This document shows positions 32,482 to 43,966 of a DNA stretch of 64,000 nucleotides, one piece after another; position 1 is the first letter of the stretch, and each line of letters starts with the position of its first letter. Below the pieces are notes generated by a model, which was not told where the DNA came from, did not search any database, and worked only from the letters and a program-made list of their open reading frames with translations. This stretch comes from Candidatus Latescibacterota bacterium (lineage in GTDB: Bacteria > Latescibacterota > UBA2968 > UBA8231): NCBI GenBank assembly GCA_965243025.1, contig CBDETY010000003.1, positions 5,728,001 to 5,792,000 on the forward strand, in the 5' to 3' direction. Both the position numbers and the translations under genes were made by a program.

Positions 32482-33528
32482 ATGAACGGAACAGATCCGA
32501 ACCCGGTCGACCCCGTTATCCAGCAGGATGACATCGAGACCGATCTGACCCAGAGGCCAAAAACCCTGTCCGAGATGCTGGGGCAGGAGAAGGTGAAGGA
32601 ACAGCTGCGTATCGCCATCCAGGCCACCTTGCACAGGGGAGAGGCAATGGACCACGTGCTCCTCTACGGTCCTCCAGGCCTCGGCAAGACGACGCTGGCA
32701 CAGGTAATCGCAAACGAACTCGGTGTTCAGATCCACCAGACTTCCGGCCCTCTTCTCGAGCGTCCTGCCGACCTTACGGGCATACTTACCAATCTCGGAT
32801 CCCGCGACGTCCTCTTCATCGACGAGGTCCACCGGGTGAATCGCACTGTGGAAGAGTATCTCTACTCGGCAATGGAAGATTTCCGTATCGACATCTTGAT
32901 CGACCAAGGTCCGCGCGCCCGCTCGGTGCCGCTGCCGCTCGAGCGATTTACGCTGATTGGCGCGACGACCCGGCAGGGCCTTCTGACCTCCCCCATGCTG
33001 GCGCGGTTCGGAATCACGGAAACTCTGGATTTCTACACCGTTTCAGAGCTTGCCGCCATTGTCTGCAGGGACGCGCTGCTTTCCCACTTCGAGACTACCC
33101 CGGAAGGCGCCGAGGAGATCGCGCGGCGCTCTCGCGGCACCCCGCGAATCGCCAAGCGCTTGTTCAGGAGAGCTCGAGACTACGCGCTGGTGGAGGGAGA
33201 CGGAAAAATCGACGTCGAAATCGCAATGAGGTCCCTGGAGATCCTGAAAGTCGACTCCCTGGGACTTCAAGAGGCGGATATCAAGCTGCTGCAGGCGATC
33301 ATCGAAAAATTCGGAGGCGGCCCGGTCGGGATCAACAATCTCGCGGCGGTAATCGGCGAGGAGGAGGAGACAATAACGGAGGTGTACGAGCCGTACCTCC
33401 TCAAAGAGGGATTTCTCAAGCGAACGCCCAAGGGCCGCGTGGCGATGGGGCGTGCCTACGAACATCTGGGGAGGGTGCCGGAAGCGTCTGATTCCGGCTC
33501 TGACGACGACCAGATGCCTCTCCTCTGA
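32482..33528 (+). CDS. ruvB: Holliday junction branch migration helicase
   Basis: GPPGLGKTTLA, FIDEVHR, GATTR, RGTPRIA, EPYL. Confidence 0.97.
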   Translation: MNGTDPNPVDPVIQQDDIETDLTQRPKTLSEMLGQEKVKEQLRIAIQATLHRGEAMDHVLLYGPPGLGKTTLAQVIANELGVQIHQTSGPLLERPADLTGILTNLGSRDVLFIDEVHRVNRTVEEYLYSAMEDFRIDILIDQGPRARSVPLPLERFTLIGATTRQGLLTSPMLARFGITETLDFYTVSELAAIVCRDALLSHFETTPEGAEEIARRSRGTPRIAKRLFRRARDYALVEGDGKIDVEIAMRSLEILKVDSLGLQEADIKLLQAIIEKFGGGPVGINNLAAVIGEEEETITEVYEPYLLKEGFLKRTPKGRVAMGRAYEHLGRVPEASDSGSDDDQMPLL

Positions 33529-33556
33529 CAGCGGACACCGGCTCCAACCCCACGCG

Positions 33557-34261
33557 ATGCTGATTCTGGCGTTCGACACGGCAACCCCGGTCGCCAGCGT
33601 GGCGTTGCTCGACGAGGACCGGGTACTCGCAAGCCGTTACTTCGACATCGGCAACCAGCACTCCCCGACCCTGTTCGTCGAGATGTCCCGATTGTTCGAG
33701 GTCTCCGGCCGGAACTGGGGGGAGCTCGGTGCCGTGGCGACCACTACGGGCCCTGGCTCTTTCACCGGTCTGCGCATCGGTCTGAGCGCCGCCAAGGGAA
33801 TCTGCCTTGCCCGCCGCATTCAGCTGGTCGGCATCTCCACACTGGAAGCGCTCGCGGCGAGACTCCCGTACGCGCGGTTGCCAGTCTGGGCCTTGCTCGA
33901 TGCTCGCCGGGGCCAGGTGTACGCAGCCCCCTACGAAACCAAAAGCGGATACCCGGAAGTCCTGAGCGAACCGCGGACCCTCGCTCCCGGGATCCTGGTG
34001 GAGGAACTGGCCGGGACCGAGATCCTGTTTACCGGAAGCGGAGCGAGGGCGTACCGCGCTCTCCTGTCCGGCCTGGAAGGGGCCCACTTCGCCCCGGGCC
34101 AGATCGACAACCCTGACGCGGCAACCGTCGGCTGGTTGGGGCTTGCGAAGCTGGATCGCCGGGAGGTGCTCGAAGTCGATGCCGCCGAACCGGAGTACCT
34201 GCGGACCCCGGTGTTCGCCACCTCTCATCAGGGTCCCCCTTCAGGGAAACCAGGTGCCTGA
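33557..34261 (+). CDS. tsaB: tRNA threonylcarbamoyladenosine biosynthesis protein
   Basis: ILAFDTAT, GPGSFTGLRIG, DARRGQVY, PEYLR. Confidence 0.93.
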   Translation: MLILAFDTATPVASVALLDEDRVLASRYFDIGNQHSPTLFVEMSRLFEVSGRNWGELGAVATTTGPGSFTGLRIGLSAAKGICLARRIQLVGISTLEALAARLPYARLPVWALLDARRGQVYAAPYETKSGYPEVLSEPRTLAPGILVEELAGTEILFTGSGARAYRALLSGLEGAHFAPGQIDNPDAATVGWLGLAKLDRREVLEVDAAEPEYLRTPVFATSHQGPPSGKPGA

Positions 34262-34748
34262 GCTTCGAGTCCAGGAGCTCGACACCGGATCCGCCTGCCT
34301 GGAGGGCGTCCTGGCGATCGAGAGACGGTCCTTTCGCGATCCCTGGACGCTTGCCGAATTTCAGCTCCTGGCCGAAGACCCCCGTGCGCTGAACGTCGGT
34401 TTGTGGCACGGCCGGCACCTTGTCGGATACGCAATGGGGTACGCCGAGGGAGCGGACTTCCACCTCGCGAGCCTGGCGGTCGAACCCTCCTGGCGCCGGC
34501 GCGGCCTCGCGACCCGGCTGCTCGAAAGCATCCTCGAGAAAGCCCGGCACCGGGGATGCAATGCCTGCCGGCTGGAAGTGCGCCCTTCCAACAAGGCGGC
34601 GCGGTCGCTGTATGAAAAACTCGGGTTCGTGGCCGCTGGAGAGATACCCCGGTTCTACACCGACCCGGAAGAGGCGGCCCTGCAACTGCGGGGACGAATC
34701 GGGATATCCGCGGCGGGGGAAGTTCACAGAGAGGCTGAAAACGCTTAG
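34254..34748 (+). CDS. rimI: Ribosomal protein S18 N-acetyltransferase
   Basis: IERRSFRDPW, LAV..RRRGLA, LEVRPSN..A..LY; follows tsaB. Confidence 0.85.
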   Translation: MPELRVQELDTGSACLEGVLAIERRSFRDPWTLAEFQLLAEDPRALNVGLWHGRHLVGYAMGYAEGADFHLASLAVEPSWRRRGLATRLLESILEKARHRGCNACRLEVRPSNKAARSLYEKLGFVAAGEIPRFYTDPEEAALQLRGRIGISAAGEVHREAENA

Positions 34749-34831
34749 GTTTTTGTTTCTGGGGCGCCGGTCGTTCCGGCGCCGCCGGGGTTCAATCCCG
34801 GGATCAACCGGTACACAGGAGCGTGCAATCC

Positions 34832-35941
34832 ATGGCGGAAGTCGTCCTCAAGAACCTTCGCAAGGTCTTCGACAGGGAGGTCGTTGCGGTCGAAGACGCG
34901 AACATACGGATAAGCGACCGCGAGTTCGTGGTCCTCGTCGGCCCCTCCGGATGTGGAAAATCGACGATGCTGCGCATGGTTGCGGGCCTCGAGGAAATCA
35001 CCGAGGGCGAGATTTACATCGACGGTCTGCTCGTAAATGACATTCCGCCCAAAGACCGGGACATCGCCATGGTCTTTCAGAACTACGCCCTCTATCCGCA
35101 CATGACCGTCTACCAGAACATGGCCTTCGGCCTCAAGCTCCGTAAATATCCGAAGAAGGAGATCGAGGAAAGAGTTCGGGAGGCCGCCGATATCCTCGGG
35201 ATCGAGGAGTTGCTCGAACGCAAGCCAAAGGCGCTGTCCGGCGGCCAGCGGCAGCGAGTGGCGGTCGGCCGCGCCATCGTGCGCAAGCCCAAGGTATTCC
35301 TCTTCGACGAACCGCTTTCGAACCTCGATGCCAAACTGAGGGTTCAAATGCGCACCGAGATCAGCAAGCTTCACACCCGCCTTGAGGCGACCATGATCTA
35401 CGTGACGCACGACCAGACCGAGGCGATGACAATGGGGGACCGTATCGCCGTGATGAAGGACGGCCGCATTCAACAGATAGATACGCCGCTCCACCTCTAC
35501 GACCATCCTGTCAATCAGTTCGTCGGCGGTTTCATCGGCAGCCCCTCGATGAACTTCATCGAGGGCAGACTGGCGGCCAACGGGCAGGGGCTCATCTTCG
35601 ACGAGGGCAGCTTCCAGATTTCGCTTCCTGCGGAGTACAGCAACGGTCTCGGTGGCCACCGGGACAGGGAAGTGATCCTCGGGATCCGTCCCGAGGACAT
35701 CCACGACCCGCACACCATCGGGACGGGAAAACAGACCGAAGAGATTTCGGCGCGCGTGGAGGTAGTCGAACCGATGGGCAGCGAGGTATTCCTCTATGTC
35801 ACTACCGGGAAGTCCTCCTTCGTAGCCCGTGTCGACCCGCTTCATATTCCAGCTGTTGACCAGCAGGTTCCCCTTGCCGTAGAGGTCGATCGAGTCCACT
35901 TCTTCGATCGCGAAACCGAGGCCAGCCTCCTGATGAATTGA
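34832..35941 (+). CDS. MalK/UgpC-family carbohydrate ABC ATPase (no adjacent permeases)
   Basis: GPSGCGKST, MVFQNYALYPHM, LSGGQRQR, DEPLSNLDAKLR, TOBE-type C-terminus. Confidence 0.93.
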   Translation: MAEVVLKNLRKVFDREVVAVEDANIRISDREFVVLVGPSGCGKSTMLRMVAGLEEITEGEIYIDGLLVNDIPPKDRDIAMVFQNYALYPHMTVYQNMAFGLKLRKYPKKEIEERVREAADILGIEELLERKPKALSGGQRQRVAVGRAIVRKPKVFLFDEPLSNLDAKLRVQMRTEISKLHTRLEATMIYVTHDQTEAMTMGDRIAVMKDGRIQQIDTPLHLYDHPVNQFVGGFIGSPSMNFIEGRLAANGQGLIFDEGSFQISLPAEYSNGLGGHRDREVILGIRPEDIHDPHTIGTGKQTEEISARVEVVEPMGSEVFLYVTTGKSSFVARVDPLHIPAVDQQVPLAVEVDRVHFFDRETEASLLMN

Positions 35942-35960
35942 GGAGGCCGCCTGCCGGGCC

Positions 35961-37055
35961 TTGTCACTCCACCGCATCACCGGACAGCACAGCGCAAAAG
36001 CACAGATAGCAGTCTGGTTAACGGCTGATCGTCTGCCCCATACGGTTTTGGTCGCCGGCCGGGAGGGGGTTGGAAAGAGGGAGTTGGCGTTCGAACTCGC
36101 GCGCGCCATCAACTGCCAGGGCGCCGCCGATGCCTGCGGTGAATGCCCTTCCTGCCTCAAGATCGCTTCCCTGTCTCACAGGGACGTGCATGTGGCCTTG
36201 CCGCTGCCGGCCGGTTCGAACCGCAGCGACGAGGCGATGGCGGCGGCAATGCGCGAAGCGGCGCTCGAATATCTTGGAAATCATTCGAGCCTCAAGCACA
36301 GCAACTCGAACATTCCAAGGGACTACATCAGGCTGCTTCACCGGGAGATGTCCTACGCCCCGGCGGAGGGGCGCCGCCGCATCGGCATCATCTTCGAAGC
36401 GGATTGCATGCACCCGGCGGGAGCCAATTCCCTGCTCAAGATACTCGAGGAACCTCCGCGCCACGCAGTATTCATATTAGTATCGTCGGCCCCGCACCTT
36501 CTGCTGCCGACGGTGGTTTCGCGCTGCCAGCGGCTCGACCTGCGTCCGCTGAGTACGGCTGAGCTGTCCAGGCGCCTGCGGGATCGGGGAGTCGACCCGG
36601 ACCGCGCCGAGTTGGCGGCGCGCATCGGAGCCGGCAGTGTTCGTCGAGCCGACGAGGTTATTGACCAGGCGGGAGAATTCGAGGAGAGGCGCAATCGGGC
36701 GGAGCGCTTCCTGCGAGCGGGATTTCGACAGGAGGACGGAGCCTACTGGGCCGCACTCGAAGAGCTGGTTGCCCGCTCGGACCGCGGCCAGCTCGACAAC
36801 TTTCTCGAGATCTGCGGCGTTTACCTGAGAGACCTTTTCCTGACGGGGCAGGGCAGAGCGGTGAATGTCACCAACACCGACCGTATCCAATGGCTGCAAG
36901 GACAGGTCGAAATGCTGGACCTCCAGGCGCTGGAGGTGTGTGCCGAACGGCTCGACCGATCGTATGCCGATCTCCATGGCAATATCAACGTACAGCTGCT
37001 GCTCGCCGATTTCTGGCAAAGCCTGCGGCAGTGCGCCCGCCCTTCCCGGCGGTAG
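35961..37055 (+). CDS. holB: DNA polymerase III delta' subunit
   Basis: GREGVGK, C..ACGECPSC, ANSLLKILEEPP, LLPTVVSRC. Confidence 0.82.
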   Translation: MSLHRITGQHSAKAQIAVWLTADRLPHTVLVAGREGVGKRELAFELARAINCQGAADACGECPSCLKIASLSHRDVHVALPLPAGSNRSDEAMAAAMREAALEYLGNHSSLKHSNSNIPRDYIRLLHREMSYAPAEGRRRIGIIFEADCMHPAGANSLLKILEEPPRHAVFILVSSAPHLLLPTVVSRCQRLDLRPLSTAELSRRLRDRGVDPDRAELAARIGAGSVRRADEVIDQAGEFEERRNRAERFLRAGFRQEDGAYWAALEELVARSDRGQLDNFLEICGVYLRDLFLTGQGRAVNVTNTDRIQWLQGQVEMLDLQALEVCAERLDRSYADLHGNINVQLLLADFWQSLRQCARPSRR

Positions 37056-37214
37056 CGCCTGCTTCGGGCCATTTCCTCAATTCGTCCCGGTCCATCACCG
37101 CAAGGCGCCCCGCACGCTGCGTGTTTTCAACCAATTCCACAGGCCACCCCCCCGCGGGTCGGAAGCCTTGAATCTTTGGGCGGGTACCCGGACCGGGGCT
37201 GGCGGGGAGTATCG

Positions 37215-38090
37215 ATGAACAGACCCGCGGCCAGAAGGCGGTACGGCCAGCACTTTCTCGTAGACACCGGTGCCGCCAGGCGGATCGTCGAACTGGTGCA
37301 GCCCCGGGAGGGAGACCTCGTGTTGGAAGTGGGACCGGGGACCGGGGCGCTGACACGGGACCTTGTGAGACGCTTCGACCGGGTCGTCGCCGTGGAAATC
37401 GATCGCGACCTGGCGGCAGGCCTCTCCAGGTTGGAAGAAGAGCGATTTGCCCTCGTTACCGAGGATGTCCTCCAGACCGATTTCGCCGATCTGCTGCGAA
37501 GGGAAGGTCGCCGCAAGTTGTGCGTCGTCGGGAACCTGCCGTACAACATAACAGCGCCGTTCCTGTTCAAGCTGCGGGAAAACGCGCGTCTGGTCTCCTC
37601 CGCCGTTCTCACTCTGCAGCACGAGGTCGCACAGCGGCTCGTTGCGGATCCCGGGTCGAGGACTTACGGAGCGATCACCGTGATGCTGCACCTGTGGTGT
37701 CGCACCCGCACCGTGATGCAGCTGCCGCCGAACGCGTTCCGCCCCCGTCCGCAAGTGCAGTCCTGCGTCCTGCAGCTGGAATTCAGCGACCGGCCGCGTC
37801 TGGAATTGCTCAGCGAAGCGATGTTCGAAGGACTTGTGCGGGCGGCTTTCGGCCAGCGGCGCAAAATGCTGCGGAACGCCCTTCAACCATGGTGGACCTC
37901 GATGGGGGCCGGAGTGGAAAAACCACTGGCGGAGGTCGCCGGGATTGCCGGCATCGACCTCAGTCGGCGCGCCGAGGAGCTGGCACCTTCCGACTTCGCC
38001 GCCTTCAGCAACGCCGTCAAGCGGTGTGTCGACACCGGGGGCAGCCCTGTCGAACCGGGCTTGCCTGCAGCCCCGGCCGAAACCGGATGA
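37215..38090 (+). CDS. rsmA: 16S rRNA adenine dimethyltransferase
   Basis: GQHFL, EVGPGTG, EIDRD, GNLPYNIT, AFGQRRKMLRN. Confidence 0.95.
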   Translation: MNRPAARRRYGQHFLVDTGAARRIVELVQPREGDLVLEVGPGTGALTRDLVRRFDRVVAVEIDRDLAAGLSRLEEERFALVTEDVLQTDFADLLRREGRRKLCVVGNLPYNITAPFLFKLRENARLVSSAVLTLQHEVAQRLVADPGSRTYGAITVMLHLWCRTRTVMQLPPNAFRPRPQVQSCVLQLEFSDRPRLELLSEAMFEGLVRAAFGQRRKMLRNALQPWWTSMGAGVEKPLAEVAGIAGIDLSRRAEELAPSDFAAFSNAVKRCVDTGGSPVEPGLPAAPAETG

Positions 38091-40036
38091 CGCTGTCTCC
38101 CGATCGGATGTACGGCGTGTTTCTCGCCTTGGTTCTGTTCCTGTCACCGGGAATCTGCTCGGCGGCCGAGACCTATAGCCTGTCGTTCAGCTCGTCAAGC
38201 GGGCGCATGAGCTGGAACCCCTCTTTCCCCGGGTGGAACTATTCGACTCCCGTCGCCTTTTCTGCCGCCGGCGATTCGACTTCGATGCTGCGTCTCTCCG
38301 CCTCGGCTTCGCTCGCGGCGAGCGTGTTCCCCCGCGACGGACGTCAGAACCTGCAGGAAAACGGGAGCCTCAGGTCCACGGTGAGCTACCCGATCCTCGG
38401 GCCCAAGGCGACGATAAACCTCAGCGGCTCGGTATCGAGCCGCAGCGCGGCACTTGTCAAGCAGAAGACGAGAAGCCAGTCGATCGGATTCGGCTTCGCG
38501 TATCAGCCGCTTGTCAAGTCCGACGGGCCGTTCCGCTCGATGCGGGTCCGTTTGACTCCCGGTTTTATCACGGCTCGCAAGGCGAGCCGCGCCAATCCCG
38601 ACAGTACGCTGGAGGAGCGAGGACTGCAGTACAACGCCTCTCTCAACATGTCGCCCGGCTGGGATATTGCGGAGAAGAAGCTCAGCACCTCGTTCGGTCT
38701 CAGCAAGCAGGACAACACCCTGAAGGGCAACAAGAACAAGAACGAGAGCATGAGATTCAGCACGGGGTACACCCTTCCGAAGGGGGTAAGGGCGAATTTT
38801 TCCGCCGGCGAGAGACGCTCTCAGCGAGGGTTGATCCGTCCGGTCTTCCTCGAAGAAAAAGTTGGAGATTTCGTTTCCAGGGATACCACGGAGCAGGCCG
38901 AGCTTTCGGAGACACTGAGCCGGAATTTCTCAACGAACCTCAAGGCGGAAGTCATGGGCTTCGATCTTTCCGGGAGGCAGAGCTGGAGCAGGTCGAAGAA
39001 CACCAACACCGCAAATGCTGACGATCACCCTCGCAACAACTTTTTTGCCAAGGACCGCGAGAGCGAACGGTGGGAGTACAAGGTGAGCGCCAAGGGGGAG
39101 CTGCCAGGCAATCTCGTCGGCAGCACGTCGGTCAACTACAAGACCAGCGACCTCCGCCGCCTCCCGGTTACGCTGGGCACCGGCCGCGTCCACCGGGACG
39201 TCACCGACGACAGCGACGACCGCGACCTGTATCTTCACGGCTACCTCGACTGGCAGCCCAGCGAGGATCACGGCATGACGCTTTCCGGGTCGTCGCGGGT
39301 GATCCGCAGCGACAATCCCGGCGAGCCGGAACAGGACCGGGATACTTTCAACAGGAGTGCTTCCCTGGGTTACCGGGGGAGGTTCGACAGCGACCTCAGG
39401 CTCAGCGCGAACCTCTCCTCGGGAGCCACCCATCGCGTCAACCTGCACTCGAGACGCTCCAGCCAGAACCAGCAAACCCGCGATCTGAGCTTCAGCGTCA
39501 ACCCGAGCTACGAGCGGCTGGAAACCAGGATCAGCCACACCTTTAATATTTCGGCGCGGAGGACTATCTTCGATTTCGACCGGCAGACCAACCGCAATCT
39601 CCTCGCACGCCGCAGCAATATCAGCCGCTCGTGGTCGATGTCGCACAGTCTGCAGCGTTCCGTAATTGAAAACCTCTCGCTCAGCGTAAACTACAGGTAC
39701 AAAGCCGACGACAGGGGTATCCTGCTCGTCGAAAAGTCTTCCCAGATCGTCGAAGAGGACAACGCCGATCACAGCGTGAGCGTCAGCACCCGCTACAAAC
39801 CGGGCACGGCGTTGTCGATTGGCACGAACTACCGATACGTCCTGGACCGGCAGTGGAAGTACGAGCCCGGCGGGGAAGAACGGGATTTGCAGCGCCGCAA
39901 TACACACCGAAACTTTGGCGTGAACGCGGAGTTCATTCCCCGCCCCGAAACCAGGATATCGGCGAGTTACAGTCGCTCGCGGCAGCTGAGCGGAATCTTC
40001 GAATCGGTAAGAGTTTTAATCAGTCGCCGCGTCTGA
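38087..40036 (+). CDS. Hypothetical secreted protein, probable outer-membrane beta-barrel
   Basis: Signal peptide ([16 protein letters not shown]); many Ser/Arg-rich amphipathic strands with alternating aromatic or hydrophobic residues; ATGA overlap with rsmA. Confidence 0.7.
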   Translation: MTLSPDRMYGVFLALVLFLSPGICSAAETYSLSFSSSSGRMSWNPSFPGWNYSTPVAFSAAGDSTSMLRLSASASLAASVFPRDGRQNLQENGSLRSTVSYPILGPKATINLSGSVSSRSAALVKQKTRSQSIGFGFAYQPLVKSDGPFRSMRVRLTPGFITARKASRANPDSTLEERGLQYNASLNMSPGWDIAEKKLSTSFGLSKQDNTLKGNKNKNESMRFSTGYTLPKGVRANFSAGERRSQRGLIRPVFLEEKVGDFVSRDTTEQAELSETLSRNFSTNLKAEVMGFDLSGRQSWSRSKNTNTANADDHPRNNFFAKDRESERWEYKVSAKGELPGNLVGSTSVNYKTSDLRRLPVTLGTGRVHRDVTDDSDDRDLYLHGYLDWQPSEDHGMTLSGSSRVIRSDNPGEPEQDRDTFNRSASLGYRGRFDSDLRLSANLSSGATHRVNLHSRRSSQNQQTRDLSFSVNPSYERLETRISHTFNISARRTIFDFDRQTNRNLLARRSNISRSWSMSHSLQRSVIENLSLSVNYRYKADDRGILLVEKSSQIVEEDNADHSVSVSTRYKPGTALSIGTNYRYVLDRQWKYEPGGEERDLQRRNTHRNFGVNAEFIPRPETRISASYSRSRQLSGIFESVRVLISRRV

Positions 40037-40079
40037 GGCGTCGACTCGAAACCTCAGGGAGCTCGAACAAATGCCGGGA

Positions 40080-40994
40080 ATGCCGAAATCCGAATACATA
40101 TGGATGAACGGCCAGTGGGTCGCCTGGGACGATGCCGACATCCACGTCCTCTCTCACGTCGTCCATTACGGATCCAGTGTATTCGAGGGAATCCGCTGTT
40201 ACGCGACACAGAAGGGGGCGGCCGTATTCCGTTTGCAGGACCACGTCGATCGTCTCTACGACTCCGCCAAGATCTACCGCATGGAGATCCCGTACACGCG
40301 CGAGCAGTTCTGCGAGGCGATCCTGGAAACCATTCGACGCAACAAGCTCGACGCCTGCTATATCAGGCCCATCGTCTACCGCGGCTACGGTTCCTTGGGA
40401 GTCGACCCCTCCAGCTGTCCCGTAGACTCGGTGATCGCCGTCTGGGAGTGGGGGGAATACCTGGGGGAGGAGGCCCTGGCCAAGGGAGTTTCGGTCTGCA
40501 CCTCTTCCTGGAGCCGCATGGGGCCCAATACCTTTCCCTTTCTCGCCAAGGCGGGCGGCAACTACCTGAACTCGCAGCTCGTGCGCATGGAGGCGAACGA
40601 GAACGGCTATGACGAAGGGATCGTGCTCGGCCCGGACGGACTGGTAAGCGAGGGCAGCGGCGAGAACATCTTCGTCATCCGCGACGGACGGATTTACACG
40701 CCGGCTTCCAGCTACTCGATCCTTCCGGGAATCACCAGGCACACGGCGATCGCCATTGCGGGTGATCTCGGAATGGAAGTGGAGGAACGGGGGATTCCGC
40801 GGGAATTCCTGTACATAGCCGACGAGGTGTTTTTCACCGGGACAGCGGCGGAGATCTCTCCCATAAGAGCCATAGACAAGGTGCAGATCGGCGACGGCCG
40901 GCGCGGCCCGACAACAAAGAAGCTGCAGGACCTGTTTTTCGAAACCGTCAATGCAAGGACCGAGGACCGCCACCATTGGCTGACATTCGTGTAG
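40080..40994 (+). CDS. ilvE: Branched-chain amino acid aminotransferase
   Basis: [40 protein letters not shown]. Confidence 0.95.
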   Translation: MPKSEYIWMNGQWVAWDDADIHVLSHVVHYGSSVFEGIRCYATQKGAAVFRLQDHVDRLYDSAKIYRMEIPYTREQFCEAILETIRRNKLDACYIRPIVYRGYGSLGVDPSSCPVDSVIAVWEWGEYLGEEALAKGVSVCTSSWSRMGPNTFPFLAKAGGNYLNSQLVRMEANENGYDEGIVLGPDGLVSEGSGENIFVIRDGRIYTPASSYSILPGITRHTAIAIAGDLGMEVEERGIPREFLYIADEVFFTGTAAEISPIRAIDKVQIGDGRRGPTTKKLQDLFFETVNARTEDRHHWLTFV

Positions 40995-41005
40995 AAAAAA
41001 GAGCT

Positions 41006-42856
41006 GTGAAATCACGCGCAAATCCCGCCGGGTTGCCCCTGTTCGCCGCGGTGCTGATCGGGTCTTCTGCGGTCTTCGGAGGCGACTGGGAGGAGGTGCA
41101 ACGGATCCTCTCAGGGACCCGGGATATCCTCGTCCTCGACGGTGTGGAAACGGCCCCGGTGCGCTCCCCGGGAACGGCGGCGCCGGAGTACGGAGACTGG
41201 CTGGTGCGCCATTTCCTGTCGGATCCGGAAAGCTTCAACCCGTTCACCTCGAGCGATGCCGGCGCTTCCAGCGTTCGGGACTACATCTTCGAATCGCTGC
41301 TTTCGCCACGACGGGAACCCCCATACGAGCTCGAAGGAATGATAGCGGAAGGTTACCCGGAGGTCGGCGACGATCACCTGAAGTACACCTTCGATATCCG
41401 CGGGGGGGTCCATTTCTCCGACGGAAAACCGCTGACCGCCGCCGACGTCCTCTTCAGCATGAAGGTGATCCAGCATCCGGAGGTGCTCGCCCCCCATCTG
41501 CGCCACTACTTCAACTCGGTCAGCGACGCCCGTATCGAAGGGGAATCCCGCATCTCGTTCTTCTGCAGGGAGCCGTACTTCCGCAACGACCTGATGCTGG
41601 GGGGCTTCAGCATCATCCCGAAGCATTTCTACGATTCCGGAGGCCTTCTCGATCGGGTCTCCATCAGCAGTCTGATCGACGGAACCTGGGATCAGGGGGA
41701 GCACGCCGGGTCGGCGCGGGAGTTCGCCCGGCGCTTCAACCGGGAATTCAACCGCGCCGTTCTCGGATCAGGGCCCTATATGGTGGAGGACTTCGAGCGC
41801 GACGTCGTCACCCAGCAGAAGGTCGTGCTCACCCGCAACCGGAACTACTGGGCCCGGGACAAGGGAATCGTTCCGGCATCGGGATTTGTGGACAAGATCG
41901 TCTTCAGGGTCATCAACAACACCGATGCCGCTTTCATCGAGCTGACCAACGGCAACCTCGACCTGTACCCTCTGCGGCCGCTGGAGTTCAAGGAGAAGAG
42001 CTGGACCGCCGAGTTCCAGCAGCGTTTCCTCAAGGTCATCCAGTACGGCGGGGGCTTCACCTACATCGGGTGGAACAACGCTCACCCCCTGTTTCGCGAC
42101 AGACGGGTGCGCCAGGCAATGAGCTTTCTCACCGACCGCCAGAGCATGATCGACAACCTGCTTTTCGGCCTGGGCGAGCCTGTGGCGGGACCCATCCACA
42201 AGTTCCGCCCCGAGTACAACCACGACCTCGAGCTCTACCCGTACGATCCCGAGCGCGCACTCGACCTGCTGGAGGAGGCCGGTTGGGGGGACGCGGACGG
42301 CGACGGCATCCTCGACAAGCTGATCGACGGCGAGAGGGTGCCGTTCGAATTCGAGTTCCTGGTCAACTCGGGCAACCAGACTCGCAAGGACATCGCCCTG
42401 ATCATGCAGAGCGAGCTTGGGGATATCGGCATCGACTGCCAGGTCCGCGAGCTCGACTGGTCGATCTTCCTGCAACGCGTCCGCAGCCGCGATTTCGCCG
42501 CCATGACGCTGGGATGGACGGGGTACGTGCGATTCCCACCCGACGGGTACCAGGTCTGGCACTCTTCCCAGGTCGAGAGCGGCTCCAACTATGTCGGATT
42601 CATCAATGCCGAAGTGGATGAGATTCTCGAGTCCTACCGGCGCGAGTTCGACCCGGAAAGGCGCATGGCGCTTTATCACCGATTCCAGGAGATCCTGCAT
42701 GAAGAACAGCCGTATACGTTCCTGTGGAAGGGAAGGAATGCACGCGCTTACAGCCGCCGATACCAGGGCGTCAACTGGTACCCGGGAGGAGACCGCTCGA
42801 GTATCGCCGAAAACTCGCTCGAGTGGTGGGTCAGCGCCGCGGACCGCCAGTACTGA
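41006..42856 (+). CDS. Peptide ABC transporter substrate-binding protein (family 5)
   Basis: FSDGKPLTAADVLFS, GSGPY, IGWN, VRQAM, YDPERA..LLEEAGW, DADGDGILD. Confidence 0.9.
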   Translation: MKSRANPAGLPLFAAVLIGSSAVFGGDWEEVQRILSGTRDILVLDGVETAPVRSPGTAAPEYGDWLVRHFLSDPESFNPFTSSDAGASSVRDYIFESLLSPRREPPYELEGMIAEGYPEVGDDHLKYTFDIRGGVHFSDGKPLTAADVLFSMKVIQHPEVLAPHLRHYFNSVSDARIEGESRISFFCREPYFRNDLMLGGFSIIPKHFYDSGGLLDRVSISSLIDGTWDQGEHAGSAREFARRFNREFNRAVLGSGPYMVEDFERDVVTQQKVVLTRNRNYWARDKGIVPASGFVDKIVFRVINNTDAAFIELTNGNLDLYPLRPLEFKEKSWTAEFQQRFLKVIQYGGGFTYIGWNNAHPLFRDRRVRQAMSFLTDRQSMIDNLLFGLGEPVAGPIHKFRPEYNHDLELYPYDPERALDLLEEAGWGDADGDGILDKLIDGERVPFEFEFLVNSGNQTRKDIALIMQSELGDIGIDCQVRELDWSIFLQRVRSRDFAAMTLGWTGYVRFPPDGYQVWHSSQVESGSNYVGFINAEVDEILESYRREFDPERRMALYHRFQEILHEEQPYTFLWKGRNARAYSRRYQGVNWYPGGDRSSIAENSLEWWVSAADRQY

Positions 42857-42857
42857 G

Positions 42858-43898
42858 ATGGCCGAAACCAGGAGCTCCGGACCGAAGCGGCGAAGGGCGG
42901 CGATGGCCCTGCTGTGTCTCGCCGCGGGGGTAGCGCTCGGCTGCCAGGGGTCGGCGCTGACCGGGGCGAAACTGTATCTCCAGCAGGGGGAGGCGGAGAG
43001 GGCGAAAGAGCAGCTTCTGCTGGCTCTCGAGACCGAGCCGGAAAACCCGGAGGTGCATTACCTGCTGGGACGCGTCTACGGCGATGAGGGAGAGTACGCG
43101 TCGATGTCCGAGTCGTTCGACCGGTCCCTCGAATTGTCCGGGGAATTCGGTCCTCAAATAGAAGAGCTCCGCCGCCGCAACTGGACAAAGCTGTACAACC
43201 AGGGGGTCGAGCGCGCCACCGCCGAGCCCCCGGATTTTTCCGCGGCCGCGGAGTTGTTCAAGCTTGCGACCACAGTCGACCCGGAACTCCTCGACGCCTG
43301 GCGCAACCTCGCCATCTCGCATTCCCGCCTGAGCGACCTGGACGGCGCCATACAGGCGTACGAGTTCGTGGCCGCCAGGGCGCCTGAGGACAGCTCCACT
43401 TTCCACCACCTCGGGATGCTCTACCTCGAAAAGGGGGACCCCGTCTCCGCGGAGCGCACCTTCGAACAACTGCTCGAGTCCAGCCCCCGGCACGTGGGAG
43501 CCCTGACCGGCCTGGCGTCCCTCTACGTCGACAGCGAGCGCTTCGTCGACGCCGAAGCCGCTTACGAAAGGGCGGTCGAGGCGGCTCCCGAGATCTGGCA
43601 GACGCACTTCAATCTCGGCAATCTGTACTGGAACCTCGATCGCTTCGACAGCGCCCGCGACGCCTACCTCCGGGCGCTGGAGCTGAATCCGGACGACACC
43701 GATACCCGCTTCAACCTCGCCGTCACATGGCTCGCTCTCGAGCGCACGGACGAGGCCCTGCCACATCTCGAGGAGCTGTCGCGGCGGACCCCCGAAAACG
43801 CCACGGTCTGGCGCGAGCTCGGCCGCGTCTACGCCCTCGATGAGCGTATCGAAGAAAGCGAAGCGGCCTACGAAGCCGCCGCAGCCCTGGAGGAGTGA
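42858..43898 (+). CDS. TPR-repeat lipoprotein
   Basis: Lipobox ALGC; repeated A..nLG..Y...g....A...Y..Al...P units. Confidence 0.85.
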   Translation: MAETRSSGPKRRRAAMALLCLAAGVALGCQGSALTGAKLYLQQGEAERAKEQLLLALETEPENPEVHYLLGRVYGDEGEYASMSESFDRSLELSGEFGPQIEELRRRNWTKLYNQGVERATAEPPDFSAAAELFKLATTVDPELLDAWRNLAISHSRLSDLDGAIQAYEFVAARAPEDSSTFHHLGMLYLEKGDPVSAERTFEQLLESSPRHVGALTGLASLYVDSERFVDAEAAYERAVEAAPEIWQTHFNLGNLYWNLDRFDSARDAYLRALELNPDDTDTRFNLAVTWLALERTDEALPHLEELSRRTPENATVWRELGRVYALDERIEESEAAYEAAAALEE

Positions 43899-43966
43899 TC
43901 CACGGAAGCGGTCCATTGCCCGGACCGGGTCCCAGCTGACAGGGGTGCGGCGATGATCGGGGGGCG

